Assembly: GCA_951406725.2 (NCBI GenBank)
Contig: OX597816.1
Span: forward strand, 140,926,001-140,990,000
DNA: 64,000 nucleotides
Source of the DNA: Octopus vulgaris
Lineage: Eukaryota
Direction of reading: 5' to 3'
Below are positions 25,530 through 37,560 of the stretch, piece after piece. Made by a program: the position numbers and the translations under genes. Within the stretch, counting starts at the first letter, position 1. Each line of letters starts with the position of its first letter. Below the pieces are notes generated by a model, which saw nothing but the letters and a program-made list of their open reading frames with translations, made no database searches and was not told the DNA's origin.

Positions 25530-25948
25530 TCATCATCATAACAACATACACATTTCCCTGCTCATGTGGGTCAGACAGACTTTATTGAAGCAGACTTTCT
25601 TCACCTGGATGCCCTTCCTGTTGCCAACCCTCAAGCAAGGTAATATTTCTCCTTGGCCAGACATGTTTTTCACGCAAGACTGGAAACAAAGAAGACTGCT
25701 TGTGGTACTCATTTACAACTATCATGCGATGTTGAGGTAACATGACAGTATCACACACACAAGCACATACAAACATATATACATACTACAAATTTTTTTC
25801 AGTTAATGTCAATCAGATCCACTCACAAGGCTTTGATTGGCATGGGGCAATGATGGAAGATATTTTCCCAAAGTGCCATGAAGTAGGACTGAACCAGGCA
25901 ATATGTGATTAAGAAGCAAACTTCTTACTATTCCATCATGCCTGTGTC
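25530..25948 (-). mobile_element. SINE with family-B head and RTE-like 3' tail
   Basis: Head as family B; tail GGTTGGCAACAGGAAGGGCATCCAG...(ATG)n matches the LINE 3' end. Similar copies at 3893-4242 and 20740-20980. Confidence 0.7.
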
Positions 25949-26499
25949 TCAGGCATGCTTGTAAACAGTTCAAACCATATATTTGTAAATAGTATCACAT
26001 TGTTCTTTTGTTCCTAGTGAACACCCTCAGCTATCAGACATCTACACCAGAATTAGAAGCTTTAAAAGTTAAAGTGAAGTAACACAAAGCACATTAATAT
26101 AACACACACACACATGCACACACACCAGCTACTAGACTAAACACAGTAAAATAGTAGAGAGAGGAGAAAAGAAGTAACAGAATAACATTGCAATTATATT
26201 CCTTTTACATCTTAAACAATTTACTCCAATGTACATATGTATGTATGTATGCATGTATGCATGTATGTATGTGTGTATGTATGTATGTATGCATGTGTGT
26301 ATGTGTGCATGTATGTATGTATGCATGTATGTATGTGTGTATGTATGCACGTATGTATGTGTGTATATATATATTATACACACACACACACAATACATAT
26401 ATATATATATATATAATACATATACATATATAATACATACAAACACACACACACACACATACACACACACCTCATCACTTACTACTTCACATCACTAAG

Positions 26500-28260
26500 A
26501 GAACACATCTATTTGGCTGACAATTCGTCAAATTTCCTCAAATCATCCACCAATTATCATCGTGATGCATGCATCAATGAAGAAATTAAAAACACTTTTA
26601 CAAATTGCAAAAAATCACAATAGAATGAATTCCACCAAGAAAAAGATTTGAGGTTTTTCAGAATTAAGCAACACCATGGCACATGCATTCAACAAAATAC
26701 TTATAAATGTACCCAGAAAGACATATTCCCATGAAGCAACTTAAAAGTCACAACTCCAGTTACACACCAGCAGCTTTAGCCAACCACAAACATCATTCCC
26801 CAAGTCACACACAACAGAAATAATAAACTTGGCATCAGACAACGAAACTTGGAAATAAGAAGACATATACATCATAGAAAAACAGAAAACTGGCAAACGC
26901 ATGCATCCAACATAAACCACAAAACTAACAGTAAAACACTATGTAGTGTAATTAGTATCATCAACAACAATTACATCGTCATCATCATCATCATCGTTTA
27001 ATGTCCGTTTCGACCGGTTCGACCGGGGTCTGAGAAGCCAGGAGGCTGTGCCAGGTTCCAGTCTAATCTGCCAGTGTTTCTACAGCTGGATGCCCTTCTT
27101 AATGCCAACCACTCCATGAGTGTAGTGGGTGCTTTATACATGCCACCAGCACAGGAGCCAGAGGAGGCTGGCAAATGGCCATGATCGGTTGGTGCTTTTT
27201 ATGTACAATTACACAATATTCAGTGCCACACTAACAACCTCAATATATACTCACACAGGAACAACCAAACATTACACTAAAGATCATAAATATAAGACAC
27301 ACAGAGAAGACAAAAGTACTAGGATTTACAACACCTCCACAATATTCACAGTATACATGGACAACATAATGAAAGCAAAACAATGCGTAAACATCTTTTT
27401 GAGCAATCAGAGATCCTGCATTTGGCCAATAGAAAGAAACAAGACTAGTATACAAACAATATATTAGATTGATATAATACTATGCCAGTTCTGCCTGGAC
27501 CCCAATCTCTCCATGACAACTCACAATAAAGTACAAGGAACACAAAACAGTGCAATACACATCATATCAGTTTATACACAGACCATATCCATGTATTACA
27601 TCTGCAATAAAGCAAACACACTAAAAATGAAAGGACACCTGGACATACAAGGGGTACAACAATAGTTACACAACAATGGTTACACCACACTTTATGTCAC
27701 AATAATAACCTAAATTATGTACTCACATAGCAAGACCAAGTAAAGGTGCTTATCAATCATTTCTCAAAAGTCAGCAACCAGATACAACAAAACAACAGGA
27801 TCACAAAAATACAAACAATCCACCTTAACCATGATTTTGACCTCTTCCTTTCATCAGACATCTCTCCAAAAAACAATAGGAAAATCTGAAAACTGAAAAT
27901 AAATGCTGGTTATGACTTCAACAACAATCTTCACCTCTCACATACCCTATCACTACATAAATAAAAAAAAACCCACCTCCAAACACTCAGACACATATAC
28001 AAAAACCCAGATCACTACTACAGCAACATTCTAAAAACACAATCCCTTTTACTCAGCCTGGACAGCCGTAAAGAAATTGCAACATCAATAGCGTCAGTGA
28101 CCTCAAACACTGGGTTGGTATGTACACCACCAAGTGCAAAGGAGCAGCAACTGTATCACTGTCACTAATAGTGGTAGCCATAGCAAGGTAGGCCTCTTGC
28201 ACACCTTGCTGTGGACACCATAAAAATCTGTGAGCATACAAAGTTAAACAACTCACTGGA
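26500..28260 (+). mobile_element. Decayed I/Jockey-group LINE relic
   Basis: FGQ.KET..VYKQYIR...YASSAW.P...KVQGTQNSAI motifs at ~27420-27570; strongly A/C-skewed strand. Confidence 0.55.
26975..27203 (-). mobile_element. RTE LINE 3' fragment inserted in an older LINE relic
   Basis: (CAT)n-CGTTTAATGTCCG...CAGCTGGATGCCCTT; the host LINE continues on both sides. Confidence 0.82.
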
Positions 28261-28289
28261 GAGAGTGCAATGGATCGAGTCTGTTACTC

Positions 28290-29040
28290 TACATCCTATA
28301 CAATTCATCACTGCATATAGGAATGTACAGTATGACCTTCAGAATAACAGAGGTACCATATAACTCAAAAGATGTATTTTTACCTAATGATATATTGAGG
28401 AAACACATAAGACTAACAATTAACAATTTTAAGAGAAGATTCACTTAACATATGCACTCCTTCAGGTCCAGAGACAAAGAAAACTTTACCATTTTATTTG
28501 CAAACTTTGAGATTAGGAGAAATTATCTAGCTAGAACATCCTGGGTTATAATTGATAAGGCTTCCTCCTTAATCGCGTTGAGTATATAACTGCTACTTTT
28601 TTTCTCTGAGAAATTGTACATACTGAAACAGTTTGTTGTCTCTGTTGATAACAAAACTGAACTTTCATACATCTGCTGTCAACAGAAAATTTTTATTAAC
28701 TAGTTTTAAGTTTCATTATTTTTTTACAGAAACTTTATGGAAATTCTGCTGGAATTTGAAATGAAAGTAAGAGATAGTACTCTTATCTATTGCAACTGAC
28801 TTTTCTCCTGCAGCCAGTCTAATATTGAATAAAGTTTGTTCCTAATAAGTAAGTTCGATTTATGTGATTGAGTCAGCAGTGTGATTAATGCTAGGTATTG
28901 GAGTAGCTGCTGGTAAAACATTTTCTGGAAACTTGATAAGATTGTTTGTGAGTCACAGGATAATAAATATCAGAAATCTGCTCATTAATTAAAGGGAGAG
29001 GAAATAGACTAGAATAATAAAATAAGGTGAAATTAAATAG
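28290..29040 (+). mobile_element. Penelope-like GIY-YIG relic plus pseudo-LTR
   Basis: Decayed FKRRF.*HMHSFRSRDKENFT GIY-YIG region; fossil hammerhead-like motif at 28864-28920. Confidence 0.55.
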
Positions 29041-29052
29041 TATAAACGCATA

Positions 29053-29555
29053 TCATCATCATCATCATCATCATCATCATTTAACGTCCGCTTTCCATGC
29101 TAGCATGGGTTGGACGGTTCAACTGGGGTTTGGGGAGCCCGAAGGCTGCACCAGGCCAGTCAGATCTGGCAGTGTTTCTACAGCTGGATGCCCTTCCTAA
29201 CGCCAACCACTCCGAGAGTGTAGTGGGTGATTTTATGTGCCACCGACACAGGTGCCAGACGAGGCTGGCGAACGGCCACGCTCGAATGGTGTTTTTTATG
29301 TGCCACCGACACAGGTGCCAGACGAGGCTGGCAGACGGCCACGCTCGGATGGTGTTTTTATGTGCCACCGACACAGGTGCCAGATGAGGCTGGCGAACGG
29401 CCACGATCGGATGGTGTTTGTTACGTGCCCACAGCACGGAGGCCAGTCGATGCGGTACTGGCTACGGCCACGTTCGGATGGTTTTCTTGTGTGCCACCGG
29501 CACTGGTACCACCGGCACTGGTACCACAAAGATACAAATTCCATTGATGTTCATC
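29053..29555 (-). mobile_element. RTE LINE 3' UTR fragment with expanded ~62-bp tandem repeat
   Basis: (CAT)n tail; unit TTTTATGTGCCACCGACACAGGTGCCAGACGAGGCTGGCGAACGGCCACGCTCGGATGGTG present three times plus a variant (29229-29500). Confidence 0.9.
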
Positions 29556-30819
29556 TATGTGCGCACATATTCAATAAATACACACAGACGTATATATAAA
29601 TAAAATACACACACACATTCAAACGCAAGCATACATGTACACTGACATATACATGCACATTTGGTGGGAGTTAAATTTATGTTTAATAAAAGTTTGACTA
29701 AGGTCCACATGCCTTAATGTTTCATAGGCGTGTATCCATCTCATCTGGTGCTAAAAGGGCATCCTAGCACCTGATTATATGGATGAGTCATAAGCGCACA
29801 CGTGTGTGTGTTTGTGTGTGCGTGCGTACGTGCGTGCACGCGTGTGTGCGCGCGCGCGAGTGTGTGTGTATGTATAAGAATATATGTGTATCTGCAAACA
29901 CTCACATACATGCGGGTATACATGCTAGCCTGGAAAGCGGACGTTAAGCGATGATGATGATGATGATGATGATGATGATATATATATCATGATATAAAGA
30001 AATATAATGAAATCGTATACACGTGTGAAGAAGAGAGGATGTAAAGATAAGGAAAAAAGTCATCGACATTATGAAGTAGTTTTCTCTCATTTGCGATTAT
30101 GTATGCCCTAATACAACCTTGTTTACGCACTCATATATGCGGGGTGGTATCAAAGGGTTACAGGACTAGTTATGTTTAATATAAAAAAAAAAATGACTTA
30201 TTTACCTAAGTTTTAACATCATCTCCTTCGAAATAGTCACCTTGAGCAGCAATCCAGCAGTACCAGCGTTCCTGTCACTTTTGGAATCCGGCCTGGAAGT
30301 AGTTTTCCGTAAGCAAATCGAGGACCTCCTGCGATTCGTTTTCAATCTTGACAACGGTGACCTTTGAGCTGCATTTTCATCTTGGGAAAAAATCTGGCGA
30401 ATAGGTCGGGTTCAAAAGCGATACCATGTTGCGTTTGGCGAGAAACTCACGAGTGAGGAGAGCTCGGTGACAGGGTGCATTGCCATCGTGAAGAATCCAG
30501 GTGTTAGGGTTGCCTTCATGGACCCATACAACAGACCAACAACATAAGCAATCTCGTTGCTTGTCCTCCAACGATCCTCATACACAAGGTAATGAATTTT
30601 GTCCACATTTCTGAGGTTGACGCTTGTGGCAGGTTTTCCAGATTGCTCATCGTCTTCCAGGGACGTTCTTCCTCTTTTGAGGCGCTCGCGTCACTCGAAA
30701 CATTGTGCATGACCCATTGTCATCTTTGCTGTAAGCTTGCTGAAGCATGCTCAATGTCTCTGTAGCAGACTTCCCAAGTTTAACGTAAAATTTCACGTTG
30801 GCTCATAGTTCCAACTTCC

Positions 30820-32090
30820 AGCGCTTTTTTCGTTTCAGCGCGACAGCTTAAATATGATTTACTTTCGTTTTTACCTTAATTATGACTTAGTTTCGTTGTT
30901 TAAAAAATTATAAATTTTATTTGTTTATATTTAGTCTTAACAATGAGAGCTAAAATATATCTAGTAAGAAATGAAGGCACTTTTTTCGTTTAAGCGTGAC
31001 AGCTAAGATATATTTAATAAGAAATGAAAATTAAAACAAAAATACTAACAAAACATTTTATTTTAAAAAAAATTATAAACATCTTTCACACCAATCAAAA
31101 GATTCTGGAACGGATCATCTTTAAATTGATATTGCCACATGAATTCAACTAAGTAACTATTATGACATGACCTTGCTGTTCCAATTCTTCTTTTATTCCA
31201 TCTTTTGGCACTGTTCCACATTGCCTCTACATGACTGGTTGAAGCATGTGAAATAGGATCCACGAAATTTACTGATTGACAGTGAGGTGATTATAACCAA
31301 GGTTTGCAGTGGTGTTATAAGCCTTCTATAAATCGGATATTATTGTTGTTCCAGAACATATACATTGTTGAATTATTGGTAATAACATTTCAGCTGATCT
31401 GTCTTGAACTGCAAACAAAAAGCCCTTTTCTCCTTGCCCTAATTCAATACCACCGAATACCCATTGAGTTTGCACTTGGTGACCAACATTAAACTTTCGT
31501 TGGACAAAAGCTAATTCATCTATTTCTACATACATTCCTTCTCCACCCAATTCAATAGGATTTTTCATGAAATATTCGGCATATATGCCTCGGTAATAAT
31601 TTTTCCAATTCACAACAGGCTAAACCAATTCATGAATTCAAAATTTTGTACTACTCACCTAATGACAGTTTTCCTGCCAAGAAAGTGCCAGATCTAATTG
31701 ACAATATTCTACACGGCCTTCTACATAGCCAAATAATACCATTGCTATTTTTTTAATCTTTCGCCTAATACATTTCTAACTCACATGAAGAGCAAATATG
31801 TTCCTTATACAAGAGCCTATGTCGTCTGCACCAACCAATTACTTTTTCATTGTCCATTAAAGTAATAATCAAATCCGAATAATTTATGTTACTCACCAAT
31901 GTAAAATTCATATTGAAATTGTAAATGTTAACACTAAATATAAACAAAATGAAACTACATCATATAAGCTAAAAACGAAAGTAAATCATATTTAAGCTGT
32001 GACACTTAAATGAAACGAAACTAAACCATATTTAAGGTAAAAACGAAAATAAATCATATTTAAGCTGTCACGCTTAAACGAAAAAGCGCC
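30820..32090 (-). mobile_element. Merlin-superfamily (IS1016/ISXO2-like) DNA transposon
   Basis: Long TIRs ((A/G)GCGCTTTTT..CGTTT.AGCG.GACAGCTTAAATATGATTTA) and exact 8-bp TSD CAACTTCC at 30812-30819 and 32091-32098. Confidence 0.9.
31063..31900 (-). pseudogene. Merlin/ISXO2-like DDE transposase, disrupted
   Basis: VEIDELAF...WVFGGIE...DRSAEMLLPIIQ...GTTIISD, then FVDP...HVEAMW..AKR...SYLVEFMW, plus an N-terminal CxxC (CSSC); split by stops and frameshifts. Confidence 0.85.
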
Positions 32091-32892
32091 CAACTTCCAG
32101 TCCGTTACAAAAATTGCAGATTATATAGCATACACGTAATCATAAAAACACAAATTTCACAACATGCGAAGTAAACACAGCGATATCACTCGGCACTCTG
32201 CCTCATGAAGACCACTGATAGCTTTCACTGCGCACGGAACCGTGTGCTGCCATCTGCTAGCGTGCTACAGAACTAATCCGGGACTTTTTGACACCACTTC
32301 GTATATGTTCGTGTGCGAGCGTGTCTATCCACACTCGCTCACTTAGTTACATATATACAAGTATATACACCCACATGTACATATGTCAATAAATGAACCT
32401 CCTCTTTTTGCAAGGCGGTGAGCAGGCAGAATGGTTAGCACGCCGGGCAAAATGTTTAGTGGCATTTCGTCAATCTTCATGTTCTGAGTTCAAGTTCCGC
32501 TGAGATTGGATTTCCCTTTCATCCTTTCGGCATCGATAAAATAAGTAGCAATTGAGAAATGGAGTCGATCTAACCTCCGAAATTGCTAGCCTTGTGCCAA
32601 AATAGACGAAACTCTTTTAATGAAAGACTTACAGTTCGATTGCAGATATGCTACTGTCGTGGATTTGGACATATCACTATGAATGCTGGAAAACCTCCTT
32701 CATTTTTCGAGGGGAGAGAGAGTGGGGGGGGCGGGGAGAAATAACTAAAGTTAATACCTGTTTACTGATCTGATAGGCACAAATTAACAGACGTGACAAA
32801 CCGGTAAAACTAAAATGTCACCTGTATGATGACACTACAAGCAATGATTATGCAATGCTAGTCAAGTTGTTTTTCGGTTCGTTCGTTCGTTT

Positions 32893-32941
<49 letters not shown>

Positions 32942-33073
32942 TTAGCTTGAGGTTAATCAGAATCTGTTCGCAAAACAAGGCTACATGTATGTTTATTAAC
33001 TGCATGCAGTTGCAATTTAATCGCAACATCTACCTACCTACCTACTCACCTACCTACCTACCTACCTACCTAC

Positions 33074-33120
<47 letters not shown>

Positions 33121-34039
33121 CCTATGTATGTATGTATGTATGTATTTTCGTTATTAGCGATGGAAGCAGTATTAGTTCAAAATAGCAATCTGTATATCCC
33201 ACTTAAGTAGATATACTGTTGAATGCCTGCAAAACTTCCACCAACGATATTTACCATCTCGTGAGTTGCATAAGGTTTGCTAAATCCAGCTTCTTACAAA
33301 CACATATAGATATATACGTCCACACACGTTTTTAAGACTGACCCTACTCCACTCTCCGGCGCACACACAAAGCCCATCCCGTTCGCACCCCAGCTCCCAA
33401 CTACACACTACAGGCATTTACCTTATACACCGTGAAGGCACTATTTGATCTTTGCCTAAGGGACATTACTCTAATGGACAAAACAATCTCTGGGCTTTCT
33501 CAGGAGTTTTGATTTATTTATTTATCTATTATTAGTGAGAGAGCAGTGCATACCATCAAAGTGACACTGAGGTAAAATATACGAAGCCCAGTCAACCCAT
33601 CGTGACTACCCGTCTGATAAGAGTACACCAGGCATATACATCACAACTCTATGTGCGCAACATGGTGATCTCATATCAAGATAAATAGCGCACGACCTTG
33701 CTGGTGGGGTCCAGTTAGAATTTTCTTCTGGTCGAGTAACCTGAAAAGGTCCCTGAATACGGGTTGTTTAAGGATGATGAATGAAACACACATGTTTCCA
33801 GAGGTGTATTATTCAAACACCCCAAAATTTCTCTCAACATATGGCTATGATGCTCCCCCACTACTTCTGCTCATGGTCAGAGATGCACATATCGTCAGCC
33901 ACTAAGGGACATGCTCAAGTGGATGAAATCAAACAACTGACAAGCAAATCTGTGGTACTGAGCATAATATTTGCTGTAGCCCATCTTTTATACCGAGACA
34001 AAACATATACATGATAACACTTCCAACCAGTTAACATCA

Positions 34040-34400
34040 GAAGCCAGCGTGCTGAACGAAAAGCTTAGCGGTATTTCGTCTGCCGTTACGTTGTGAGTTC
34101 AAATTCCGCCGAGGTCGACTTTGCCTTTCATCCTTTAGGGGTCGATTAAATAAGTACCAGTTACGCACTGGGGTCGATATAATAGACTTGTTTGTCCTCT
34201 CTGAGTTTAGCCCCTTGTGGGTAGTAAAGAAATAGGTATTTCGCCTGTTGGTATGTTCTGAGTTCAAATTCCGCCGAGGTCGACTTTACCTTTTATCCTT
34301 TCGGAGTCGATAAAATAAGCACTATTTAAACACTGGGGTCGATGTAATCGACTCATCCCCTCCCCCAAAATTGCTGTCCTTGTGGCAAAATTTTAAACCA
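34040..34400 (+). mobile_element. SINE family A, dimeric copy
   Basis: Same unit twice. Other copies at 6733-6870, 32413-32610, 53769-53990 (+) and 38745-38965, 44345-44725, 59965-60170 (-). Confidence 0.8.
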
Positions 34401-34415
34401 TCATCATCATCGTCG

Positions 34416-34469
<54 letters not shown>

Positions 34470-34471
<2 letters not shown>

Positions 34472-34850
34472 TAGTTTTATTTTTATAGCGTGCTTTCACT
34501 TCACTACCGAGCGCAGCTCTGTGTGCCTTGGGTATGTGCTGTGATTTGTTGTGATGCTCTGATGGTTATTGTATGGAAAGTGTTCTGCGTAGGATGTGTG
34601 CAGTGCCTAGTAGTGCAATTTTCTGTATGTTATATGTGTTTGTAAGTCCTGGTGTTTTTGTTATGTATTTGTCTGCATATTTTTTTATCATGCCTAATGC
34701 ACCTACTATGATAGGAATTGTTTCTGTTTTCAGATTCCACATTCTAGTTACCTCTACTTCCAGGTCTTTGTATTTTGAGAGTTTCTCCATTTCTTTTAGA
34801 GACACGTTGTCATCTGCCGGTATTGATACATCAATTAGAAAGCATTTTTT
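34470..34850 (-). mobile_element. R4/Dong-like non-LTR retrotransposon 3' fragment (RLE domain end)
   Basis: KLSKYKDLEVEVTRMWNLKTETIPIIVGALG...IQKIALLGTAHILRRTL; flanked by (ATT)n. Confidence 0.85.
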
Positions 34851-34879
34851 AAAATTATTTTTTAAAAATTATTATTATT

Positions 34880-35374
34880 ATTATTACTTTTTTTTTCTTC
34901 TTTCAAATTTGCTTCCATTTCTTGCCGAGTGTCTTCCCGACTCCTAGGGCAAAGAAACTCATAGTATACATTGGTAGGCCATTAAACCAAACTCAGTAGT
35001 TCGTTCATTTTTTTTTTTTCATTTTTTTTTTTAAAGTTAAATTAAAATACATGAGCAGCAATAGTTCTCACATCGACAATGCTCTTCTCAATACGTGTGA
35101 TGTACCAGTTAAGACAATCTTTTGCACTTCTTGTAGGGATGGTAAGCCAGGGATCATTCTCATATAATTTTCGGTTCCCTTCTTGATCATTCCTAGTGCT
35201 CCTACGATCACTGGTATTGTAACCGCCTTGAGATGCCACATTTTCTCAATTTCAATGAGTAGGTCTTTATATTTTCTGAGCTTGTCAAACTCTTTCGCTG
35301 AGATATTATGATCACAGGGGATGCTCATGTCGATCAATAAGCAAACTTTATTGTTTTGGTCTTTCACAACAATT

Positions 35375-35375
<1 letters not shown>
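34880..35375 (-). mobile_element. Second R4/Dong-like 3' fragment
   Basis: CLLIDMSIPCDHNISAKEFDKLRKYKDL...VIVGALG...QKIVLTGTSHVLRR; flanked by (ATT)n. Confidence 0.85.
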
Positions 35376-35443
<68 letters not shown>

Positions 35444-35650
35444 TAGGTTAGTTAAAATATGTCTGTGACATATTTCAACTGCTAAAAGGGAAATTCACTG
35501 CAGTTACCGTGGAGAAAATATTGATGTTTGGGATTCCTGATAGATGGCGACACTGAACAAACAGGGTGTCTTTACACCTTTTTACCACAGTGAATTTGCT
35601 TTTTAGTAGTAGTTAAAATATGTCACATATTTTAACTAACCTAAATAATA

Positions 35651-35737
<87 letters not shown>

Positions 35738-35762
35738 ATTATTATTATTATTATTATTATTA
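35376..35762. repeat. (ATT)n and (GAT)n trinucleotide microsatellite block
   Basis: Directly visible. Long (TA)n, (TG)n, (TATG)n and (CATA)n tracts also occur at 8198-8298, 9832-9903, 14776-14945, 26229-26470, 50292-50447 and 52944-53125. Confidence 0.95.
35437..35652. mobile_element. Small palindromic MITE-like element embedded in (ATT)n
   Basis: Arms TTTAGGTTAGTTAAAATATG...AAATTCACTG and their inverse (~65 bp each). Confidence 0.7.
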
Positions 35763-36695
35763 AGGCGGGGAGCTGGCAGAAACGTTAGCACGCCAGGCGA
35801 AATGCGTAGCCGTATTTCGTCTGCCGTTACGTTCTGAGTTCAAATTCTGCCGAGGTCGACGCACTGGAGTCGATATAATCGACTTAATCCGTTTGTCTGT
35901 CCTTGTTTGTCCTCTCTGTGTTTAGCCCCTTGTGGGTAGTAAAGAAATACGTATCTTGTCTGCTGCTACGTTCTTAGTTCAAATTTCGCCGAGGTCGACT
36001 TTGCTTTTTATCCTTTCGGGGGTCGATTAAATAAGTACCAGTTACGCACTGGAATCGATGTTATCGACTTAATCCGTTTGTCTGTCCTTGTTTGCCCTCT
36101 CTGTGTTTAGCCCCTTGTGGGTAGTAAAGAAATACGTATCTCGTCTGCTGCTACGTTCTTAGTTCAAATTTCGCCGAGGTCGACTTTGCCTTTCATCCTT
36201 TCGGGGTCGATTAAATAAGTACCAGTTACGCACTGGAGTCGATATTATCGACTTAATCCGTTAGTCTGTCCTTGTTTGTCCCTTCTATGTTTAGCCCCTT
36301 GTAGGCAATAAAGAAATAGGTATTTCGTCTGTCTTTATGTTCTGAGTTCAAGTTCCGCCGAGGTCGACTTTGCCTTTCATCCTTTCGGGGTCGACTAAAC
36401 AATTACCAGTTATGCACTGGGGTCGATGTAATCGAGTTAATCCCCTCCCTCAAGCTGCCTTAGTGACAAAAACTTGAGATCATCATCATTATATGCAAGA
36501 CGGTGAGCTGACAGAATCGTTAGCGCGCAGGACGAAATGCTTAGCGATATTTCGCCCGTTGCCCGAGGTCGACTTTACCTTTCACCCTTTCGGGGTCGAT
36601 AAAATTAGTACCAGTTGAACAGTGAGGTCGATGTAATCGATTCATCCCCTTCACCCCAAATTGCTGATCTTATGGCAAAATTTGAAACCATTATT
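35763..36695 (+). mobile_element. SINE family A, tetrameric copy plus an adjacent monomer
   Basis: ~185-bp unit repeated head-to-tail from 35763 to 36480; further copy at ~36497-36695. Confidence 0.85.
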
Positions 36696-37466
36696 ATTAT
36701 TGTTGTTATTTTTTTTTGCGTTCGTTTTTTTTAATGATTTTCGCAATGATAAATAATAATAATAATAATAATAATAATAATTGTGTACAGTGCTCAGGTG
36801 CACTACAACTCATCTAAAGTGTATATATAATCAGGTGTAGTTTCGGCGGATTTCGGAAAGCATGAGGGCCTTAAAGGACGCAGTGTCATGGCAGTCAACA
36901 ACTGACGCAGGCAGTTTATTCCATGCTTCAGCAACTCTGAGCGTAACTCATCTGGCAAAGTACTTTTCCCTATCAATCCTTCTGATGAGTGTCGAGATTG
37001 ATCTTCTCAAATTCGTTGAGACGGGTATATAATACTCTATTGTATCAACATATATACCCACTCTGTCGACTAATAAACGAGCGCCTGCTTATTCCAAGTC
37101 ATAGATTCTTAGACAACTCTATATTTTTTTAATCTTTTTCTTGTTTCAGTCATTGGGCTGCAGCCATGCTGGGGCACCACCTTCAAGTATTTTAACCGAA
37201 TGAATCGACCAAAGTACTTTCTTTTTTTTTTCTTTAAAAAGTCTGGTATCGATTAAGTAACCGTTTTATTGATTACTTTGAACGAATCGGTATGTTACGG
37301 GGACATAAGCACACCAACACCGGTTGTGAAGTGGTGGTGGTGGTGGCCAAACACACACAAATACACGACAGGCTTCATTCAGTTTCCATCTACCAAATCC
37401 AATCACTATCTTTTCTCTCTTCACACAGTTTTCAATCTCTTCCCACACAGCTACACCTGCGCCTTT

Positions 37467-37508
<42 letters not shown>

Positions 37509-37510
37509 GG

Positions 37511-37560
<50 letters not shown>

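Larger units (their letters stand above)
30138..32303 (-). mobile_element. mariner-family transposon relic hosting the Merlin insertion
   Basis: Imperfect TIRs (CGGGGTGGTATCAAA..GACTAGTT / AACTAATCC..TTTGACACCACTTCG). Transposase fragments ANVKFYVKLGKSATETLSMLQQAY and WILHDGNAPCH...PTYSPD. Confidence 0.85.

Noticed and set aside
29229-29500. Regularly spaced ~62-bp direct repeats, superficially CRISPR-like
   Set aside because: No unique spacers and no cas genes; this is the tandem unit of the RTE 3' UTR.
31063-31900. Bacterial IS contamination or recent horizontal transfer, suggested by the ISXO2-like domain
   Set aside because: It is decayed, AT-rich and nested with a TSD in a eukaryotic mariner, consistent with a resident Merlin transposon.
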